DNA of 64,000 nt from Dehalococcoidia bacterium (GTDB lineage Bacteria; Chloroflexota; Dehalococcoidia; UBA2979): NCBI GenBank assembly GCA_965262725.1, contig OZ253555.1:32001-96000 (forward strand), read 5' to 3'. This document shows, piece after piece, positions 10,133 through 19,688 of this stretch; position 1 is the first letter of the stretch, and every line of letters starts with the position of its first letter. Made by a program: the position numbers and the translations under genes. A model generated the notes under the pieces. That model worked only from the letters and a program-made list of their open reading frames with translations, was not told the DNA's origin and did not search any database.

Positions 10133-10363
10133 GCCGGGACGCGACGTGCCTCGTCACGACGGGCCTCACGCTGCTCTTCCTGCGGAACGCTCCCAGAACT
10201 CCCGACCCCAGTGCCGTGCGCGTTCCGAGGGGGCACGACGCGGTCGGGCCCAGCCTCGCGGTCCCGGGCGCCGCGACGACCGCCGGCAGCACTGGAGGCC
10301 GACGAGGACGGTGACGGTATCGTGTGCGAGGGTTTGGGCTCGAACACCGAGGAGGGCGCCGTC

Positions 10364-11589
10364 GTGAAGATCGTGGTCATCGCCGTGTTGGTCCCCCTGG
10401 TCGCGATTGGCGGGGCGATCAGCGCCTTCGCCGCCGACCGGACTCTCGAGACGAACGCGAGCGTCGAGGTGCGGGTCTGGCAGAACCTGCTCGACCGCTC
10501 GCTCTACCTGAGCACCCGCCCGGAGGGGGGAGAGTGGACGACCCATGACGCCCCGATGGAACTGCGCGGCGCCCGCAAGTCGGGATACTACGAGCTCAGC
10601 AGCGCCGCGACGATCTCCGTGCCCGTCGTGGTGGAGGTCCCCGAGCCGGAGCTCAAGCGCTCGGAGACGACGGATGTGCCCGTCTCGGCCGGTGGCCCAC
10701 CCTCCGGGCCGGCCAGCTGCTGCACGGTGCGGGGGATGTCCGACAGCCCCGCGACACGGAAGGCCGTCGTGGCGGCGATGCGCGGGTGATCGCCTTCGCC
10801 CGGGAGCACTTCGGGTTCACGCACAGGGGGCCGATCACCATCAACATCGCGCACACGACCGGGGGCCTCATCGCGCGCCACGAGGAGACGTTCGGGGAGG
10901 GCCTTCGCGAGCTGCCGAGCGAGTGCTCGTTCCAGCAGGGCGAGCACATGTTCTTCGGACCCGCGTGCAGGTCGGACGAGCGTGCGATCGTCACGGAGTG
11001 GATCAACCGCGCGACGGATGCGCCCCACGTGAGTCCGAGATGGGCGAGCATCGCCACGGTCGAGTACCACCTGGCGCACTACCTGGAGGAATCTCCTCCC
11101 ACCCTGCGGGATGATCGTTTCCGGCGGGTCCTCTTCTACGAGGATGCCACGGACTTCCGCGGCGGCCAGGCGAGTGACGAGATGACGACCGCGGCGATGC
11201 TGTACGCGATCCGCGCGTACGGCTCGATCGAGGACTGGCTCGAGTTCTATCAGGAGGTCCGGGACGGCGGGGAGGAGGACGCGGCATTCGAGGCGGCGTT
11301 CGGCGTTTCCCTGCCCCGATTCTACGCGGACTTCGAGGAGTGGGCCGCGCGGCAGAAGGCGATCCTCCACACGACAGCGTACGGTTCGTGTCTGGATGCG
11401 TCGCGCCATCTCCGCCCGCGGCCGTTGCCCGAGGGCGGAGGGTTTGCCGACTACCGCGTACCGCTGGAGTGGGACGATGACGGCAACGGGTATGTGTGCG
11501 AGGACTACTCGGCGTTTCCCACGGAGACGCTGGCATGCCTGGTGGTCGGCGAGGGGCCGGCTGACGACGGGGCCGGTGGCGGCCAGTAG
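10364..11589 (+). CDS. Exported protein with a C-terminal Excalibur-like motif, split by a frameshift near 10785
   Basis: Signal peptide; VEVRVWQ...LYLSTRPEGGEWTTH; C-terminal YGSC...WDDDGNGYVCE; adding one G joins the two ORFs. Confidence 0.7.
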
Positions 11590-11630
11590 GGAGGTTCACC
11601 CATCACCCGCGGGGCACGGCCGTGAACTCC
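11590..11630. terminator. Hairpin between convergent genes
   Basis: GGAGGTTCAC...GTGAACTCC; no U tract. Confidence 0.35.
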
Positions 11631-11725
11631 GGGCAGTGTGCTCTCCCGCCGGGATCCTGCGACCGATCCTGCCCGGAACCAGCCGTGGCTACGAGTGAGA
11701 CCGGAGCGGGGCAGACGCGCCACGT

Positions 11726-13303
11726 CTACTCGTCGCAGGGCGCGAGGCCCAGGCTCCCGAGGTCGGTGTCATCCGCGCTCCACAGGGCCGGCGGAACGCA
11801 GCCGGTCAGGGAGTTCCCGCCCAGGCGGAGGACCTGCAGCCTGAGAAGGTCGCCCAGTTCTTCTGGGATCTCGCCCGTCAGACTGTTGTCGCTCAGCGAG
11901 AGCCCCCTGAGCCTGCGAAGGTCGCCCAGCTCCGCGGGGATCTCTCCCGTGAGATCGTTGCCTCCGAGCCACGGGTACCAGAGGCGTCCCAGAGCGCCGA
12001 GCTCGGGCGGGATGGGGCCGGTGAGCTCGTTCTCGTCCAGCTGGAGGGACCAGAGGTTGCCCAGCTGGCCCAGCTCCCCGGGGATGGGTCCTGAGAGCCG
12101 GTTCCGGTCCAGCCGCAGGTAGAAGAGGTTGGCCAGGTTGCCGAGCTCGGGCGGGATGGAACCGGTGAGCTCGTTCCCGTCGAGCCGGAGATCTCGCAGC
12201 CCGGTCAGGGCGCCCAGCTGTGGCGGAATACTGCCGGAGAGGCCGCGCGAGGGCAGTTCCAGCGTCCACACGCGGCCCGGCTGGCCGATCGAGGGGCCAC
12301 CGATGGTGACGCCCTCCCACTCCGCGATCGGCGTTCCTGCATCCCAGTTGAGCACGGCGTCGCCAGCGAGCACCTGCTCGGACTCGAGCAGGGCGGCGCA
12401 ATCGCTGACGAGGCCGGGGTTGTCGTCGGGGCTCGCCACGGCCGCGCCGGACTCACAGGCGAAGGCGTTGCCGCTCAGGAGCGAGAATTGCAGGCTGGCG
12501 CGGTCGGCCAGCCCCGCCGGGATCACCCCGGTCAGGGCGTTCCCGCTCAGGTCGAGGAATTGCAGGTAGCGGAGTCCGCCCAGTTCCGCGGGGATATCGC
12601 CTGCCAGATTGTTGTCGCTCAGTGAGAGTCCCCTGAGCCTGAGAAGGTCGCCCAGCTCCGCGGGGATCTCTCCCGTGAGATCGTTGCCTCCGAGCCACAG
12701 GTACCAGAGGCGGTCCAGAGCGCCGAGCTCGGGCGGGATGGGGCCGGTGAGCTCGTTCTCGTCCAGCTGGAGGGACCAGAGGTTGCCCAGCTGGCCCAGC
12801 TCCCCGGGGATGGATCCCGTGAGCCGGTTCCGGTCGAGCCGCAGGTAGAACAGGTTGCTCAGGGTGCCGAGCTCGGGCGGAATGGGCCCGGCGAGTTGGT
12901 TCCCGTCGAGCCGGAGCTCCCGCAGCTTTGTGAGAATTCCCAGTTGCGGCGGAATGCTGCCGGAGAGGCCGCGCGAGGGCAGTTCCAGCGTCCACACGCG
13001 GCCCGGCTGGCCGCTCGAGGGGTCGCTGAGGGTGACGCCCTCCCACTCTGTGATCGGCGTTCTTGCGTCCCAGTTGAGCACGGCGTCGCCAGCGAGCACC
13101 TGCTCGGACTCGAGCAGGGCGACGCAATCGCTGACGAGGCCGGGGTTGTCCGGGGGGCTCGCCACGGCCGCGCCGGACTCGCAGGCCGCGCGAGCGTCGG
13201 AGGCGACTGTTGCACTTGAGGTTTCGGACGGTGGCTGCGGCCACGGCGCGAGGAACGCTGCCAGCAGGGATGCGAGGATCACGGCCGGGTAACGAATGCG
13301 CAC
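11726..13303 (-). CDS. Secreted leucine-rich-repeat protein (plant-type LRR) with two duplicated modules
   Basis: Repeats of LxLxxNxLTGxIPxELGxL; signal peptide; cap+LRR module repeated at a 726-bp offset. Confidence 0.95.
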   Translation of the reverse strand: MRIRYPAVILASLLAAFLAPWPQPPSETSSATVASDARAACESGAAVASPPDNPGLVSDCVALLESEQVLAGDAVLNWDARTPITEWEGVTLSDPSSGQPGRVWTLELPSRGLSGSIPPQLGILTKLRELRLDGNQLAGPIPPELGTLSNLFYLRLDRNRLTGSIPGELGQLGNLWSLQLDENELTGPIPPELGALDRLWYLWLGGNDLTGEIPAELGDLLRLRGLSLSDNNLAGDIPAELGGLRYLQFLDLSGNALTGVIPAGLADRASLQFSLLSGNAFACESGAAVASPDDNPGLVSDCAALLESEQVLAGDAVLNWDAGTPIAEWEGVTIGGPSIGQPGRVWTLELPSRGLSGSIPPQLGALTGLRDLRLDGNELTGSIPPELGNLANLFYLRLDRNRLSGPIPGELGQLGNLWSLQLDENELTGPIPPELGALGRLWYPWLGGNDLTGEIPAELGDLRRLRGLSLSDNSLTGEIPEELGDLLRLQVLRLGGNSLTGCVPPALWSADDTDLGSLGLAPCDE

Positions 13304-13664
13304 CGGTGGCTCCGATGGGTTGCATCCTGCGGGCGCAGCTACTCTACAGGAGCGTGTGTGGCCTTTCGAGCCCGCGTGTGCGCACGAGACCCCGGCGTCT
13401 CAACCGTCGGCCATCGGCACCGCTCCCGTAGCGGGCAGATTGGGGTGCGTCACCATTGGTGGCACCGGGCTCCTTCGTGGCTCGCGCGTCTGACACTCAT
13501 CGCTGCGGCTCGGCGTGATGGACCGTGTTCCTGTCGGACCGGATTGCCCGGGACACCACGTCGTGAGAGTCCGGCGGTTGCTGCCTGCGTTTCACGAATG
13601 CGGCTCGTGGTGCGGTGGCGGATCCCGGAGGCGCGTGTGTGCCTTGCCGCGTGGGTGAGGACCG

Positions 13665-14327
13665 CTAGCGGACGCGGATGGCAACGATGTCGTCGCGGTC
13701 GACCCACAGATAGTCGCTGACGATGGAGGGTGCCCCCGGAATATAGATGCGGTAGCTCTGGCTGGTCACGTCCCAGTAGCCCACGGACTCGATGTCGCGC
13801 GGGATCGTGGTGACCGCGGCCGCGATGGGGGTTGCGGAGGCGCCTGTCCAGCGCATCAGCCCGATACCCGGGCCAGGAGGCAACTCGCCGACGAATGCTC
13901 CGAACGTGGCATCGGCGACTGGTGAGAGATCGAGGCGCTGAGTGCCGACTCTCCACGCCTGCGTCTGTGCGGCGGGTGATCCGGAGTCCACTTCCCCGGC
14001 CAGGAACAAGAACGTGACCGGAGCGTCTTCCACTCCGCAGCCCACCTTCGTATCGGCGGAGGCCACCGTGAGGAGGTAGAAGCCGAGCCCGTTCTCGAGG
14101 GGTGTCACGTCCGCCGTACCGCAGGTGACGTCGGAGACGGTCGCTCGCACCTTCGGGGGGATCACGCCCTCATCGCCGGGGGAGATGAAGCCGTAGAAGA
14201 TCGAGGCGGTCGTCACCTGCGCGTGAGCGCGGGAGACGACCGCCTCGGAACTGGCCATGACGGCCAGGCCGGCGGCGATGACGAGCGCCGCGACGAGTGT
14301 CGAGCGGATCGCCATACCGCCGGCCAC
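13665..14327 (-). CDS. Exported hypothetical surface protein
   Basis: Signal peptide ending in AHA; C-terminal YIPGAPSIVS. Confidence 0.8.
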   Translation of the reverse strand: MAGGMAIRSTLVAALVIAAGLAVMASSEAVVSRAHAQVTTASIFYGFISPGDEGVIPPKVRATVSDVTCGTADVTPLENGLGFYLLTVASADTKVGCGVEDAPVTFLFLAGEVDSGSPAAQTQAWRVGTQRLDLSPVADATFGAFVGELPPGPGIGLMRWTGASATPIAAAVTTIPRDIESVGYWDVTSQSYRIYIPGAPSIVSDYLWVDRDDIVAIRVR

Positions 14328-14336
14328 TACTCCACG

Positions 14337-14927
14337 CTAGCGAGACCGGCCCGTCACCGAGCGCGCACCCGCGAGCATCGCCACGGCGAGGGCGCCGAGG
14401 CCAAGCGCGAGCCCGTTGCTCGAGGACGAGGTGCCGGCGAGGCCGGCGTTACCGGTGTCCGGTGGCTCCGGCGTCATGGTTTCCGTCGGCATTTCCGTCG
14501 GCATTTCCGTCGGCATTTCCGTCGGCATTTCCGTCGGCGTCTCGCCCATGTCGTAGGTCAGCGTGATGCCGTTGAAGACATCCTCCGGCGTGCCGCCAGC
14601 CGACCACTCCAGAGTCTCGGCAGCGGCGTTGCCGTCAACCGTGAAGGAGATCTCGGAGCCACCGCTGGCCTCGCACTCGCCGTCGCCGATCGTGGTCGAC
14701 CACAGGTAGCCGGTGGCACTGTCGGATGTCGCATCGACACCGGCAGTCTTGCACTCCACGCCGTCGACGGAGACGACGATCGCCGAGTCCGCAGACGCTG
14801 CGGGTCCGTAGAGGGTCATCGGCGCCTGAGCGAGCGCTGATGTCACGGAGGCGAGACCAAGGCTGAGCATGAGTGCCGCAAGAGCGAACACTCCACCCAG
14901 GCGGGTCACGCCCTTTCTGAGGATCAT
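14337..14927 (-). CDS. Cell-surface protein with a PTEM linker and a sortase-like C-terminal signal
   Basis: Signal peptide; PPDTGNAG, hydrophobic helix and Arg-rich tail; GGGAG RBS. Confidence 0.85.
   Translation of the reverse strand: MILRKGVTRLGGVFALAALMLSLGLASVTSALAQAPMTLYGPAASADSAIVVSVDGVECKTAGVDATSDSATGYLWSTTIGDGECEASGGSEISFTVDGNAAAETLEWSAGGTPEDVFNGITLTYDMGETPTEMPTEMPTEMPTEMPTETMTPEPPDTGNAGLAGTSSSSNGLALGLGALAVAMLAGARSVTGRSR
14480..14538. repeat. 12-bp tandem repeat, about 5 copies (TTTCCGTCGGCA), coding
   Basis: Encodes (PTEM)n. Confidence 0.95.
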
Positions 14928-15057
14928 ACGTTTCTCCCTTGTGCCTGGTGAGGGGTTCGAGGCCCCGTCCCCAGGAGTTTGGTGGTGCCTCCGGACCGCG
15001 CCTTTCTGCGCGATCCGGAGGCGATGTGCTGGTCTCAGCAGCTACCTATGCAGCTAC

Positions 15058-16956
15058 CTACCTGCACGACACGTACGCGCCTGCGTTCTCGAGCGGGAAC
15101 TCGACGTTAGCCGCGAACGCTGCGTTCACAACCGACGGCGCACCCACGATGTAGGTACCATCGTTCAGCGTGACCGTCGTGCCGGCCTCACCGCCACAGT
15201 CGAGGGCTCCGAGGAGAGCCTCCAGGCTGTCGGCGTTCAGGACGACTACCAGACCCGACTGCCCCACGACCGACGCTGCCGGCGCAGGCGGCGCAGGCGG
15301 CTCCGGCGGAGCCTCCGTGCCGATGTTCAGCGTCAGGGACTCGCGGTAAGGAGTTGTACCCTTGCCGGCGTCGATGACGAACGTCACCACGCCCGGTCGC
15401 GACGGAGCGGTGAAGGTGACCGACGCCTGACCATCCTTGGTCGTGGTGCCGTCATCACCCGTCGCGGCGCCCTCGACCAGGCCGCCGCCCTCGAGCCTGC
15501 GGATCCGGAGCTTGGTCGCGCCGACGAGCACGCCCTCGTCGTCCGTGACCGTGACCGTGATCTTGGTCTCGCTCAGAAGACCCACGTAGGAGCCTTCGGC
15601 CGGGTCGGTCGAGATGTCGGCCGGCGCACCGGCAACCTCGATCTCGGCCGAGGCCGTGAGCTTGGCCAGCGCGAAGTTGAGCGTGTGCACGCCGCGGGTC
15701 GCCGCCTCGTCGGTACCCGTCGTGGTTGCGTCGTCCTTAGGCGCCTTCACCTGGACGACACACTGGCCGGCGTTGTTGGTACCGGTCGACGCGAACACAC
15801 CCTGAACGACCCGGTCCACGGTGGAGTCACCTTCAACAGCCTCCACAGGCCCACAGGCCGGGATGTCGCCCTTGTCGACCGCGCCGTCGCCGTCGACGTC
15901 CTTGTTGACGTTGTACGGCGAGGTGGCGGCCTGGTTGTCATCTGCAACCTGGCTTGTCGTGACCTTGTTGGCATCCTTATCCGGACCGACGATCGCATCC
16001 TTGGCCGCCGGCTGGGGCTGTGCCATGGAAACCGGGTTGCCCGCGCCGTCGGTCACCGTCAGGACGACGAAGACCGACCCGCTGATCTCGACCGAGCCCT
16101 GCTCGGCCTCGGCCGTCAGGTTCTTGGCCTCGCCGAACATCGTGACCTCGACGGTCGCGGGGTCGAGGGTCCCGTGTGTGACCGTGACCACCGCGGTGCC
16201 CTCGCGTCCGGCGCCCGACAGCGTCACGACGGCGTTGCCGTTGGCCATGGGGGTGCCGCTGTCGCTGGTGAGGATCTGGCACACCTGCACGTTATTGGCC
16301 GCATTGATCTCGCTAGCGCCAGATCCGGACTGCGGGCAGTTCAGCGTGCCGAGCGTGGTGACGAACGTCAGTCGCTGATCGTTCATCCCAACCGCCGGGC
16401 TTCGGTCGTTCTTGACGTTCGCCGTGACGCTCGTCGAGCCCTCTGTGGCATCGATCGTCGTCGCTGCCGCCTTGGCCGTCAGAGAGGCCGGTTTCGGCTG
16501 GGTCTTGACCGAGATGACGATATTCGTCGCTGCAGTTGTGACGACGGCGCCGCTACCGTCCAGCACGATTTTCTGACTGACGATGATGAAGCCGTCCGCC
16601 GAGTCGTCATCGACGTTCAGCTTCACCGTAACTTCGTCAGGAGTGTTTACGCCCTCGGCGTTAGCATCGGTGTCGCAACTGCCGCTGTCGCTACAGGCGA
16701 GTGTCTGGCCGCCGCCCGAGGCGAAGCTGCCGGTGGACGTGCTGTTCTCCCCGTCGATCGTGAGGCGCACGATCCGGGCGTTTTCGACGCGAATAACCGC
16801 AGTGTCGCCCGGCTGGACGGTCGCCACACTTTGTACCACGGTGATGTCTGCGGCCTCTGCCGCCGGAGTCGAGGACGTCACTAGCACCGCGAGCGCCACA
16901 GCGAAGGCTGCGGCGATCACGAGCGCGGATGCGCCCATCCTTGTTACGTAACTCAA
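15058..16956 (-). CDS. Large exported Ig-like/S-layer-like protein
   Basis: TTG start after a GAGAGGG RBS; signal peptide; Thr/Val/Ala/Gly-rich beta repeats (VTANVKND, LTVTDGAGNPV, VTVTDDEG); strong codon bias. Confidence 0.8.
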   Translation of the reverse strand: MSYVTRMGASALVIAAAFAVALAVLVTSSTPAAEAADITVVQSVATVQPGDTAVIRVENARIVRLTIDGENSTSTGSFASGGGQTLACSDSGSCDTDANAEGVNTPDEVTVKLNVDDDSADGFIIVSQKIVLDGSGAVVTTAATNIVISVKTQPKPASLTAKAAATTIDATEGSTSVTANVKNDRSPAVGMNDQRLTFVTTLGTLNCPQSGSGASEINAANNVQVCQILTSDSGTPMANGNAVVTLSGAGREGTAVVTVTHGTLDPATVEVTMFGEAKNLTAEAEQGSVEISGSVFVVLTVTDGAGNPVSMAQPQPAAKDAIVGPDKDANKVTTSQVADDNQAATSPYNVNKDVDGDGAVDKGDIPACGPVEAVEGDSTVDRVVQGVFASTGTNNAGQCVVQVKAPKDDATTTGTDEAATRGVHTLNFALAKLTASAEIEVAGAPADISTDPAEGSYVGLLSETKITVTVTDDEGVLVGATKLRIRRLEGGGLVEGAATGDDGTTTKDGQASVTFTAPSRPGVVTFVIDAGKGTTPYRESLTLNIGTEAPPEPPAPPAPAASVVGQSGLVVVLNADSLEALLGALDCGGEAGTTVTLNDGTYIVGAPSVVNAAFAANVEFPLENAGAYVSCR

Positions 16957-17778
16957 ATCGTTTCCCTCTCTCTTGGAGGTACTCGCCATCTTGATTCGGA
17001 TCACATCGAGCCCTTCGATCGCCCTCCTCGCGCGGTGGTCCCGGGGCGGGTGGATGCGGTACGGGCTTGTGCCGCCGCTCGAGCTGGACGCCGCAAACAC
17101 GTCCCGCCGTTGCCGCCTGCCGGAACCGGGCTGCCCTTCCCACGCCGAAACCACCCGGTTGGCAGTTCCGGCGCACATGGGAGTTAACGCGCCGCGAAGC
17201 CCCCGGGTTAACGGGGGCGCCCCGCGCTTCGCTCGCCACACACGTTGATAGCGCAGGCAAGCGCAAGAGTCGAGGATGCGGGCCGGGGGCTCCGCCGCGG
17301 CACGCGTCACGATCCGCAAGGGCGGGGTGACGATCGGGAGGAACGCGAGGGGCGCCGGCCATCATCACGCAGGTGCAGTGTAGCGAGGAGCTGCGTGAGT
17401 TCGCGCCTCTCCGCGCCAGCGGCGGGCAGCCAGCGAGGCTGGCGGCTCCGCGCTGCGAATCCGGCCGCCTCCCCGTCCGCGGGAGCACACGAAGGGGTTG
17501 GGACCACCCCGTCGCACGTGCGCTGCCGCCGCGTCCACACGCGCGCCGGATACGGAGCACCGCCTGCTTCCGCCCGCACCCGTTCCGCCGCGACCTGCGC
17601 CGCCGCCTCTGACCTCGCCCGCGGGTCGCGCCGGCCGGTGGAGCGAGGCGCGAGGATGCGTCCGCCCGCAGCAGGAGCGAAGCCCCGGCGCCGCGGAGTG
17701 CGGGGCGGGAGCGCGGATCCCCGCAGCCGCGGCGGCGCACGCAGCGCAGCGGACGGCGCCGCGCGCGGGGGACGCCAC

Positions 17779-17818
17779 CATTCGCCGCGAATGTCGGGGG
17801 ACGTATTCGCCGCGAATA
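17779..17818. promoter_or_regulatory. Tandem pair of palindromes (C/T)ATTCGC-C-GCGAAT(G/A)
   Basis: Perfect 7-bp inverted repeats at 17779-17793 and 17804-17818. Confidence 0.55.
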
Positions 17819-18486
17819 TCCGGCGCCGCGTCCTGCGAGCGGACCTCGCGCGCAGGGGGGTCGCGCGGCAGTAGCGACCGCCGGCGAGCTCGGCGAAGGA
17901 GGCCGGCCGCGAGCACCGCATAGCTGCCGCGCGTCCGCGCGTTCCGCCGCCCGGGGCCGGGGCCGGCGCCGTGTCCGGGGAGAGGGCGCGGGCGGCGAGG
18001 CATGCCGCGGGTGCCGAATCTATACTGCCCGCGAAACCTGCGGAGGCCGCCCTGGCAGACGCATCGCCCGCGGGCCGCGCTCGCACGGGGCTCCCGCTCG
18101 CGCGTGAGCGGGAGCGGGTCCGCCCGCTGCGGGCCGATGGCGGCGACGCGTTCACCAGTGCCCGCGGCCACTCACTCCCGTCGTCAGGCCGCTGCTGCCC
18201 CGGCGCGCGCGCGCAGGCCGCGCTCCATCACCGCGGGGATGTGCGGCCCCTCAGCCGGCGTCCCCCCGGCGGGCGGCGAGGCCACCGGAGCTCGCGGGGC
18301 ACGGCGAGGGGAGCGAGCAGGCCTGCGGCGCCGGGCCGGGGTGAGGCGGGCGCCGCGAGGTGAGCAGGGCGAGGCCCGGTACCGCCGCGGCCGTCCCCCG
18401 GGGCGCGCATGCGGGCCGGGCGGCGTTCCCGCCGGGCCGGAGGGCGAGGCGGCGCCGGGGGCAGCAGGACAGAGAGGGCGTGCACC

Positions 18487-19688
18487 GTGGAGTACGAGAG
18501 CCTGACCCGGGACCGCATCAGGGCGGCCCTGGGCGACGGTCGCGCCGCCGCGTTTCGCAGCGTCACCGACTACCAGCCGGCGGGCGGTCCCGGCGACAAG
18601 GTGTTCCCGCCGACCTACGAGGGCGGGGTGTACGCCCTGGAGGAGCGCCACATAGACGGCGCCGTCGTTCCCTGCGTGCTGCTCGACGCCGTCCAGTCGC
18701 AGGCCAACCGGATGGAGCTGGCCCTGCTCGCTGACTGGAGGGCGGGGAACATCACCCTCCCGGTCGTCACGGTCGACTTCACGGGCTGCGATCTGCCGCG
18801 GCTGTTCGCGGTCACCAGCCTGGAGGCCCCGCACCGCATCGCGGATGCGCTGTTCCGCGACAGCCTGCTCGAAGGTGTTCCGTTCCGGCGCTCCGAGCCC
18901 GGCACGCGCCTCGACCTCGTGGACATCGACGACGCCACCGGCCTCTTCGAGCTGTGCCCGACGGCGCTCGTGTTCGGCTTCTGAGACTCCACCGGCCCGC
19001 GGGGCGGGCAGGGCGTCACGCTCCAGCGCGCGATCGTCTCCGAGTTCGTCGGCCTGCATGCCCGGCGCGGAGTGATGACCACAAGCCGCATCGATCCGGC
19101 CGGGATCGTGGGAAGCGCCGGCCCCATCTACCGGACCGCCGGCGGCGGGCTGTCGCTGGCCGCCTCCGACGCCGCCCCCGGCGGGGGGGCCGGCCTGCGC
19201 CCGGCCGCGGTCAACCACGGCAACCTCACGCCGAGCATCTCCGCCCCGGGCGGCGTCACGGTGAGCAAGGCCGTCCAGACGACCGTGCTCTCCCTGCCCG
19301 CGCTGAGGAGGCTCCGCTTCCCGGTCGACGGGGCCGGGGGTCCAGCGCTGGACCTGGCGGCCCGCACCGTGCTCGCGGCGCTGGCGCTGCTCGCGGCGGC
19401 GCTGGTCAGGGAGCAGGGAGCGGACCTGCGCAGCCGCTGCCTGCTGGTCGCCGAGGCCCCGGCGGTCTGGGAGCTGCTCGACGGCTCCGGCGGGGCGACC
19501 ACGTTCGCGCTGCCGTCCCAGGCGGCCCGCGAGGCGTACGAAGGGGCCGTCCTGGCCGCGCGGGCCGCCGGCCTCCCCTGGATGGATGAGGAGCTGGTGC
19601 TTGAGCCGAGCCCCTCCTGGTCGAGCTGGTGCGCCGCAGCCAGCAGCTCGCGGCCGACCCCGCGGAGGACGAGGACCCCTCCGCCTGA
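18487..19688 (+). pseudogene. csb1: Type I-G Cas7 (Csb1) with an in-frame TGA at 18982 and a frameshift near 19616
   Basis: QPAGGPGDKVFPPTY, LLDAVQSQANRME, APHRIAD, PTALVFGF*DST, LRSRCLL. Confidence 0.92.

Noticed and set aside
14480-14538. Tandem 12-mer as a CRISPR array
   Set aside because: There are no spacers; it is a coding PTEM linker.
14951-14966. GGGGTTCGAGGCCCC T-loop-like hairpin as a tRNA
   Set aside because: No cloverleaf or CCA; probably an intergenic mRNA hairpin.
14869-16884. 671-aa plus-strand ORF and similar long Arg-rich antisense ORFs throughout the window
   Set aside because: These are shadow frames of real genes in high-GC DNA.
17300-18480. CRISPR array or leader upstream of cas7, including a faint repeat-like stretch near 18215-18243
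   Set aside because: No repeated 30-37-bp unit with spacers is visible; the GC-rich ORFs here look like noise.
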